In this document: in pieces, positions 26,436-32,000 of the stretch
How the letters are laid out: every line of letters starts with the position of its first letter
Position numbering within the stretch: position 1 is the stretch's first letter
Assembly: GCF_014280195.1 (NCBI RefSeq)
Contig: NZ_CP047960.1
Coordinates: 1,620,001-1,652,000, forward strand
Length of the DNA stretch: 32,000 nucleotides
Origin: Synechococcus sp. A15-24
Lineage (GTDB): Bacteria; Cyanobacteriota; Cyanobacteriia; PCC-6307; Cyanobiaceae
Direction of reading: 5' to 3'
Notes under the pieces: model-generated
What the model was told of the DNA's origin: nothing
Database searches by the model: none
Seen by the model: the letters and a program-made list of their open reading frames with translations, nothing else
Position numbers and translations under genes: made by a program

Positions 26436-26876
26436 ATGCTGGTCGGCGAAGAACTGCTGAACAAGGCCAGATCGCTCAGCAATCGGCCGGAGGATGACAT
26501 CGCCAGAGGTTGCGGTTACGTCGGCCCCAGTGGTCGATTGCTGAAAAAGAGCTTCTACAGAGCACTGGTCGAAGCCAAGGCCGAAGCTCAGGGTTGGCAG
26601 CTTCCCCGCAGCACAACCAACAGCGGTGGGGGTGGCAGTCGCGGTCGGCAGGCCGAGTTCCGCACCCGTGTGCATGGGAACGGCAATCTGCTGATCGGAC
26701 ACGCCTACACCCGCAGGCTCGGTCTTGAGCCTGGCCAGGAATTCCGGATCGAGCTGAACCGCGACTCCGGGTCTATCTCCTTGAGCCCTCTCGACGAGAG
26801 CGCGATGGAGAGCACTCCTGATCAGGTCCAGCCGTTTTCAGAAAGCCAGGCTTCTGACATGGCCGGTGTGGAGTGA
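26436..26876 (+). CDS. Cyanobacterial AbrB-type transcriptional regulator (cyAbrB; C-terminal SpoVT/AbrB swapped-hairpin domain)
   Basis: The N-terminus MLVGEELLNKARSLSNRPEDDIARGCGYV.. and the C-terminal ..GNGNLLIGHAYTRRLGLEPGQEFRIELNRDSGSISLSPL match the cyAbrB architecture, with the AbrB domain at the C-terminus. The upstream in-frame ATG at 26400 is an alternative start. Confidence 0.7.
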   Translation: MLVGEELLNKARSLSNRPEDDIARGCGYVGPSGRLLKKSFYRALVEAKAEAQGWQLPRSTTNSGGGGSRGRQAEFRTRVHGNGNLLIGHAYTRRLGLEPGQEFRIELNRDSGSISLSPLDESAMESTPDQVQPFSESQASDMAGVE

Positions 26877-27475
26877 TGGTTGTCCTGTCCATCGGCCACG
26901 AGTAACCGCTCGGCGTAACGCGCCAGTTGATCGGCCTCCAGGTTCACCTGATCTCCCACAGCCAGCCGGCTCAAGGTGGTGACACTCCAGGTGTGGGGGA
27001 TCACCGCCAGCTCGAACGTCACGCCATCGTCTGAACATGAGGCCACGGTGAGGCTGATGCCGTCCACCGCAATGCTGGCTTTTTCGCAGACGTAGCGCCC
27101 GAAGCGAGGTTCACTCCAGCGCAGCCCCAGCCGCCAGGACTGCGGCAGCTCGACCACAGCCATCACCTCGCCCACAGCATCGATGTGGCCACTCACCAGA
27201 TGCCCTCCGAGGCGGTCACTGAGCCGCAAAGCAGGCTCCAGGTTCACGGCACCACCCCGTTCCGCCTTGCGTCCCAGCGTGGTGCGCTCCAGAGTCTCCT
27301 CACTGACATCCGCACGAAACCCATCCCCGACACACTCGGCAACCGTGAGGCAAACCCCATCCACGGCAACGCTGTCCCCCAGGTTCAAGGGGCCGAAGGG
27401 CCCAGCGCCCTCAACCAGGAGACCGTTCCCCCGGCGCTGAATCCGACCCATTGCCTGTACCAACCCTGTGAACAT
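26822..27475 (-). CDS. ribE: Riboflavin synthase (alpha chain)
   Basis: MFTGLVQAMGRI.. is present, with the duplicated lumazine-binding repeats ..GDSVAVDGVCLTV.. and ..KASIAVDGISLTV... The protein is 217 aa. Confidence 0.9.
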   Translation of the reverse strand: MFTGLVQAMGRIQRRGNGLLVEGAGPFGPLNLGDSVAVDGVCLTVAECVGDGFRADVSEETLERTTLGRKAERGGAVNLEPALRLSDRLGGHLVSGHIDAVGEVMAVVELPQSWRLGLRWSEPRFGRYVCEKASIAVDGISLTVASCSDDGVTFELAVIPHTWSVTTLSRLAVGDQVNLEADQLARYAERLLVADGQDNHHSTPAMSEAWLSENGWT

Positions 27476-27532
27476 GGCTGAGCGCCCGATCGGTTCCCAC
27501 TGGTCATAATCGGATAGTGCTGCAGCGCCGCC

Positions 27533-28096
27533 ATGGTGGAGATGAGCGTTGCCGGAATTGCTCTGGATGCGGCAAGCCGGACGCCGATCGTTCTGCTAAG
27601 GGATCCCAGTGGTCGCCGCCAGGTTCCGATCTGGATCGACCAGAGCCAGGCCCACAACATCATGGCCGGGCTGCAAGGGGCGGAACCACCGCGACCCCTC
27701 AGCCACGACCTCATGGCGGCTCTGCTGGTGGCCGGCGGTCTCGAACTGGAACGCGTGATCGTGCATGCCATCGAAGACAGCACCTTTCATGCGGTCCTGA
27801 AGCTCAGACAAACCGATCCATTGGAGCAGGCGGATGAAGGCGACGTGATCCTCCATGACGTTGATGCACGCCCGAGTGATGCCATCGCCCTTGCGGTTCG
27901 GACCGGCAGCGGCATCTGGATGCTGGAGGAGGTGGTGGCGGAAGCCTCCATTGCCGTGGATGCCGAAGCGGACGCCCGAGATCAGAGCGACTTCAACCGT
28001 TTCGTCGACGACCTCAGTCCCGCCGCACTGGTGAAACACCTGCGCAACCGCGGTGAAGGGGAGGATCCAGAACAGACAGATCCTGATCGGGGGTGA
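27533..28096 (+). CDS. Bifunctional nuclease family protein (DUF151/BFN-like)
   Basis: ..SRTPIVLLRDPSGRRQVPIWIDQSQAHNIMAGLQG..PPRPLSHDLM.. and ..DARPSDAIALAVR.. match the DUF151 core pattern. The C-terminal tail is acidic. Confidence 0.7.
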   Translation: MVEMSVAGIALDAASRTPIVLLRDPSGRRQVPIWIDQSQAHNIMAGLQGAEPPRPLSHDLMAALLVAGGLELERVIVHAIEDSTFHAVLKLRQTDPLEQADEGDVILHDVDARPSDAIALAVRTGSGIWMLEEVVAEASIAVDAEADARDQSDFNRFVDDLSPAALVKHLRNRGEGEDPEQTDPDRG

Positions 28097-29211
28097 GACG
28101 TCCATTCGGTGCCGGACGACCGGTCAGCCTGTTCACCCTCGGGACCATGCGCGCCCTGGGCTCGCTCGAACAGATGCACGAGGTGGTGCAGGCAGCGGTC
28201 CTCGCCGGCATCAACCATCTCGAGACAGCACCCGCCTACGGCCCGGCAGAAGATTTTCTAGGGCAAGCACTGCAGCAAGGAGAACGACAGCCCGAGGGGG
28301 GCTGGGTGGTCACCAGCAAACTGCTGCCGGGATTGACCCTGCGTGAGGGGAAGCATCAGCTGCTGAAGATCCTGGAGCGTCTTGGCTGCGGCAGCCTCGA
28401 CAACCTGGCCATCCATGGCATCAACCGCCCTGACCACCTCGACTGGGCCCTGCATGGGGATGGCAAGGACTTGCTGGACTGGGTCCAGGGGGAGGGCCAT
28501 GCCGCTCAGGTGGGATTCAGCAGCCATGGCAGCCAAGCACTGATTGCCGCGGCCATCAGCAGTGGGCGATTTCAGTTCTGCAGCCTGCATCTGCATCTGC
28601 TGGATCCACAGCGACTGCCGTTGGCCCATCAGGCCCTTGAGCAAGGCATGGGGGTCCTGGCGATTTCTCCGGCTGACAAGGGGGGACGCCTGCAAGCACC
28701 AAGTCCGACCCTGATCAGCGACTGTGCGCCATTCTCCCCATTGCAGTTGGCCACCCGCTTCCTGCTGGCCCAGGGGATCTCCACCCTCAGTGTCGGTGCG
28801 GCCCAGGCCTCTGACCTGGAGCTCGCCGCTGCGCTGCAGAGCAGTGATTCCCCCCTCTCTCCTGAGGAAGAATCCAGCCTGCAACGGCTGGACGACTATC
28901 GCCGTGAGCGTGTCGGCGCCGATCTCTGCGGGCAGTGCCAGGCCTGTCTGCCCTGTCCGAACGAGGTGCCAATCCCAGAGCTGCTGCGGTTACGCAATCT
29001 GGCCATCGGCCATGACCTGATCCCCTTCTGCCAGGAGCGTTACAACCTCATCGGGCGAGCGGGCCACTGGTGGGAAACCGTTGATGCCAGCGCCTGCCAG
29101 CAGTGTGGGGACTGCCTGCCCCGCTGTCCTCACCAACTCACGATTCCAGACTTGCTGGCTGACACCCACCGTCGACTGCAGGCCTCTCCACGCCGACGGT
29201 TATGGGGTTGA
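28093..29211 (+). CDS. Aldo/keto reductase family oxidoreductase with C-terminal ferredoxin-like 2x[4Fe-4S] Cys clusters
   Basis: The GTG start overlaps the upstream stop (GTGA). ..GINHLETAPAYGPAEDFLGQAL.. is an AKR N-terminal motif. The C-terminal CGQCQACLPCP and CQQCGDCLPRCP are two ferredoxin-type Cys motifs. Confidence 0.75.
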   Translation: MRRPFGAGRPVSLFTLGTMRALGSLEQMHEVVQAAVLAGINHLETAPAYGPAEDFLGQALQQGERQPEGGWVVTSKLLPGLTLREGKHQLLKILERLGCGSLDNLAIHGINRPDHLDWALHGDGKDLLDWVQGEGHAAQVGFSSHGSQALIAAAISSGRFQFCSLHLHLLDPQRLPLAHQALEQGMGVLAISPADKGGRLQAPSPTLISDCAPFSPLQLATRFLLAQGISTLSVGAAQASDLELAAALQSSDSPLSPEEESSLQRLDDYRRERVGADLCGQCQACLPCPNEVPIPELLRLRNLAIGHDLIPFCQERYNLIGRAGHWWETVDASACQQCGDCLPRCPHQLTIPDLLADTHRRLQASPRRRLWG

Positions 29212-30210
29212 AGCACGCCAACGCTCTCCCAGCTGCAACCGCTCCGGTTCTGTTAGCGGCGGCAGTGACCAACAGCGTTCCCAAAGCGATGCAGGCGGTA
29301 GCAGCAGCTCACGCCATGGGTTGGGCAGGTCTTGGCGATCCAGCTCGATCGCATCGGCCTCAAGCGGGGCACGCCAGCCGTTGACCAGAAGGGTTCGGCG
29401 CAGGGGAGATGTCCAGGCCGCCTCCACCCAGTTCTGAGGCAGCGGCTCGCGGGTTCCCTTGGGCCGCACCAACAGCGTCCAATGCAGAGGTGCTCCTTGA
29501 TCGGGCAGCACGGCCGTCAGGCGTGGATCGCGCCGCAACAGGGCCATGCAGCGCTGCAGGGGCAACACCACAACCCGTGCCTTGTCCTTGAGCAACCAGT
29601 TGGTGGCACGCCGGTCGTCCATGGTCAGCAGCTGCTGGCGCAGGCGTTGCAGGGCTGCATCACCCCCGCAACGGTCGGCGAGGTCCATCACCCAACGGGG
29701 ACTGGCGGGAAGAATCACCTGTCCGGCCAGCGACGGTTGCAGCAGCACATCCCAGCCGGCCCTGGCCGCTTCAGCCCACTCGGTGCCATTCCGGAACAGA
29801 ATCACCCAGGGACTTACACCCACCGGCAGCAGCGATCCGGCGCGCTGCTCACCCTGCTGTTCCAGAAAACGGCGTGCCTGAATACCGAGTTGTTGCTGCA
29901 ACGGTGGCGCTTGGATCAGCTGCCGTTGATCCGGCGGCAACGACGGCAACCACCCATCGTTGAGGGCGAGAAGATCGCCGCCACCTTGCTCCTGGTCATC
30001 GGGATCCGTGGCCTCAGACTCCTGCCAGGACCAGGTCCAGGGCGACGGCAGCTGATCCGCCCAGGCCTTGGGGATGAGTCCTCGAGCCGCACGAAGCTGG
30101 GGTGGCTGCGGGCCCTTGCGGCAGGCAGCCACCAGCCCGAGACCCGCTCCCGCCGCCAGCTGCAGCAGGCGGCGACGACTGCACTGTCCGCGAAAACCCA
30201 TTGCGCTCAT
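29200..30210 (-). CDS. Putative Tat-exported lipoprotein with PotD-like periplasmic solute-binding fold
   Basis: The N-terminus has the twin-arginine motif SRRRLLQ, a hydrophobic core and the lipobox VAAC. Body segments ..VSPWVILFRNG.., ..GWDVLLQPSLAGQVILPASPRWVMDL.. and ..AVLPDQGAPLHWTLLVRPKG.. resemble PotD/family-1 binding proteins by eye. Confidence 0.55.
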   Translation of the reverse strand: MSAMGFRGQCSRRRLLQLAAGAGLGLVAACRKGPQPPQLRAARGLIPKAWADQLPSPWTWSWQESEATDPDDQEQGGGDLLALNDGWLPSLPPDQRQLIQAPPLQQQLGIQARRFLEQQGEQRAGSLLPVGVSPWVILFRNGTEWAEAARAGWDVLLQPSLAGQVILPASPRWVMDLADRCGGDAALQRLRQQLLTMDDRRATNWLLKDKARVVVLPLQRCMALLRRDPRLTAVLPDQGAPLHWTLLVRPKGTREPLPQNWVEAAWTSPLRRTLLVNGWRAPLEADAIELDRQDLPNPWRELLLPPASLWERCWSLPPLTEPERLQLGERWRASTP

Positions 30211-31391
30211 ACCTCTGACGCTACGGCGGACGCCAGCAGCTCATCCAAGGCCCGCTCGCAACCCTCCAGCAGAGCCTCGGAGTGGTGGCCCTGCAACTGG
30301 GCCAACAGCAGCAACGCTCCAGCCCCAACCCCTTCCTTGACGAACCCGTCCTCGTAATCACGCAAGGCGGGCTGCCGGCTGGCATGGAAGCGCAATCCAC
30401 TGGCCAGTCCTGCCAGGGAAACACCGAAGCGTTGGCCCACTTCATCCAGCAGACAGCCCAGGGCCGGCATGTCACTGCCACAGATCCGTTCCTGCGCCAG
30501 CCAGGCCGTTGAACCGAGCAGCACCCGATCCGCCAGGGCTTTCCGTCGCTGATCCGGCAGCGATGCCAGGGCAAGGGCCACGACAGCAGCCATCTGACTG
30601 CCTCCCCCCAGCAGCACCGGCTGCTGAGCTGACACCAGCACACCGGCGGCCACCGCCTGAAACGGATCCCCTACCGCTGCCAACACAGCCTGGGGTGACG
30701 GCCATGCCGGCAACTGCGCCCGACGCAATCCCTGCTCCACCAGGTGTCGCTTCAGCTCCTGGGGTGGCTGCCGGGCGCTGCCGCTGATCAACCCATTCAC
30801 CGGCACCCCAAGGGCCGTGAGCACAGCTTGAGCTGTCGTGGTTCCTCCTGGGACACATTCCGCCAGCAGCAGTGGACGGCGCAGCTGTGCACCAAGACGC
30901 ATCCCCTGGCGCCACAGCCGTTCCACTCGCTCCGGATCCATGGCCCGTCCCGTGGACAAACACCGCGCCGGCCCGGCCTGTGGGGACTCCAGACGCAGGT
31001 GGGGAAACGTGGCCTCGTGCTCCAAACCAAGCGCCGCCACAACAGGTTGCATGGGAAGGGGTTGCAGCGCCACATGGCTCAGCAGGGCGGGCGAGACACC
31101 AGCGGGGAGGGGCGGCAACGACCAACTCCGCAGCTGGCCTGGGCCCTGGAGCAGTAGGTCAGCATCCGCCAGGGCGGTGAGACGGCGGGAGGCAGCGGTG
31201 GCTCCTGCAGCGGAAATGCCCTCGCGTTCAGCTGTCCGCGTGGCCGCCAGCAGCAGCAACAGATCAAAGCTCGAATCCCGTTGGCACCATGGCTCGAGAT
31301 GGGCCTGCAACTGCTGGCGGCTGCAGCGGCTGCCAACAATGGAGCAGCCCAACGGGAGGCCCTCCAGATCAGAGAGGGTCAAGGGCAACAA
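30207..31391 (-). CDS. CobT-like phosphoribosyltransferase homologue (UPF0284 / archaeal-type CobT family); start uncertain
   Basis: ..AATRTAEREGISAAGAT..TALADADLL.., ..ECVPGGTTTAQAVLTALG.. and ..GGGSQMAAV.. are present. The stop overlaps the downstream ATG (ATGA). The only in-frame ATG (31478) would overlap the upstream gene by 110 nt, so TTG codons at 31391, 31388 or 31382 are more plausible starts. Confidence 0.6.
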   Translation of the reverse strand: MLPLTLSDLEGLPLGCSIVGSRCSRQQLQAHLEPWCQRDSSFDLLLLLAATRTAEREGISAAGATAASRRLTALADADLLLQGPGQLRSWSLPPLPAGVSPALLSHVALQPLPMQPVVAALGLEHEATFPHLRLESPQAGPARCLSTGRAMDPERVERLWRQGMRLGAQLRRPLLLAECVPGGTTTAQAVLTALGVPVNGLISGSARQPPQELKRHLVEQGLRRAQLPAWPSPQAVLAAVGDPFQAVAAGVLVSAQQPVLLGGGSQMAAVVALALASLPDQRRKALADRVLLGSTAWLAQERICGSDMPALGCLLDEVGQRFGVSLAGLASGLRFHASRQPALRDYEDGFVKEGVGAGALLLLAQLQGHHSEALLEGCERALDELLASAVASEV

Positions 31392-32000
31392 GTCCTTGCA
31401 GGAGCTTTGGTGGCTCTGGGATTGGCGCGTTGAGGCGGGGAAAAATCCAGTACGCCAGCGCGTGGAGTGACAGCACATAGATCACCTCTTGCACCACAAC
31501 AAGGCCAAGGGCCATCAATTGCACGCTGGTGAGATCTGGGCTGATGGGTAACTGCAACAGCGCGATCAACCGCTCGAGCAAGCCGGCACCAGCTCGGGTG
31601 ATCACCACCCAGAGGTTTTCTCCCACCAGGAGCGACAACACCAGCAACCGCACCAGAAATCCGATGCTGCCCAGCACCACTCCCACCGGCCAGCTCAACC
31701 ACCAGCTTCGTCCCTTGCCCCAGCTCCAGCCCAACCAGAGAGCCATCAGGCCATACGGGAACAGCAGAAGAGGGCCTCTCACAGGCCCCATCAACGCTGT
31801 CATCAGCAACACCGCCAGCAACACACCCTCGGCCCCCGACCGTCCACCGCGGCGTAGTTGCAGCAAGGACAGGGGCAGCGGCAGAGCTAGCCGGAACAGC
31901 GCACCGCCAACAGGCAGGTAGTACAGCGCCAGCCAGATCAGGCCCGTGGTGGCCGCCAGATAAGCCCCTTCCACGAGACGGAGCGCCTGTGGCCGCGTCA
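31369..32000 (-). CDS. Polytopic membrane protein (possibly DUF2232-like); 5' end at or just beyond the right window edge
   Basis: About five or six hydrophobic segments (..LIWLALYYLPVGGALFRLALPLPLSLL..). The track start at 31974 is a GTG. The frame stays open to base 32000 (..TRPQALRLVEGAYL), and the last two bases (ca) could be the TG of an ATG whose A lies at 32001. Confidence 0.6.
   Translation of the reverse strand, partial: TRPQALRLVEGAYLAATTGLIWLALYYLPVGGALFRLALPLPLSLLQLRRGGRSGAEGVLLAVLLMTALMGPVRGPLLLFPYGLMALWLGWSWGKGRSWWLSWPVGVVLGSIGFLVRLLVLSLLVGENLWVVITRAGAGLLERLIALLQLPISPDLTSVQLMALGLVVVQEVIYVLSLHALAYWIFPRLNAPIPEPPKLLQGLVALDPL

Overview
This window looks like ordinary core chromosome of a high-GC picocyanobacterium, probably a marine Synechococcus; that identification is inferred from gene content and composition only. 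By my calls it holds about 38 protein genes and one tRNA, with roughly 1.2 kb (about 4%) non-coding.

Gene order, left to right:
- tsaD (partial, missing from the ORF track), psaF-psaJ, a bidirectional intrinsic terminator, gmk, an NFACT/RqcH-like gene, tatC and a DUF3067-like gene.
- petC-petA-lgt-cobM, tRNA-Val(CAC), a RodZ-like gene, ppx, ubiA-ldcA, ispD, a GT9-like gene, an RCK-gated K+ channel, fabG, an unlisted 58-aa membrane ORF and groEL.
- A minus-strand cluster of ctaA-ctaB-ABC ATPase-ABC-2 permease-131-aa orphan-nanE-like, divergent from ctaCDE.
- A cyAbrB-type regulator, ribE, a DUF151 nuclease-like gene, an aldo/keto reductase with an Fe-S tail, a Tat-exported PotD-like lipoprotein, a CobT-like UPF0284 gene and a partial polytopic membrane protein.

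I found no transposase, integrase, phage gene, CRISPR array, toxin-antitoxin pair or recognisable defence gene. I do not see convincing evidence for a novel system.

The best leads are modest:
- The ABC-2 exporter, orphan and NanE-like genes fused to the heme O/A synthase genes.
- The overlapping membrane protein / CobT-like / orphan binding-lipoprotein triad.
- Palindromes in the cta and cyAbrB control regions.
- Convergent genes that overlap at their 3' ends, with only one recognisable intrinsic terminator in 32 kb.

Most other long ORFs in the track are antisense or out-of-frame shadows typical of GC-rich DNA. All homology calls come from motif recognition by eye; no searches were run.
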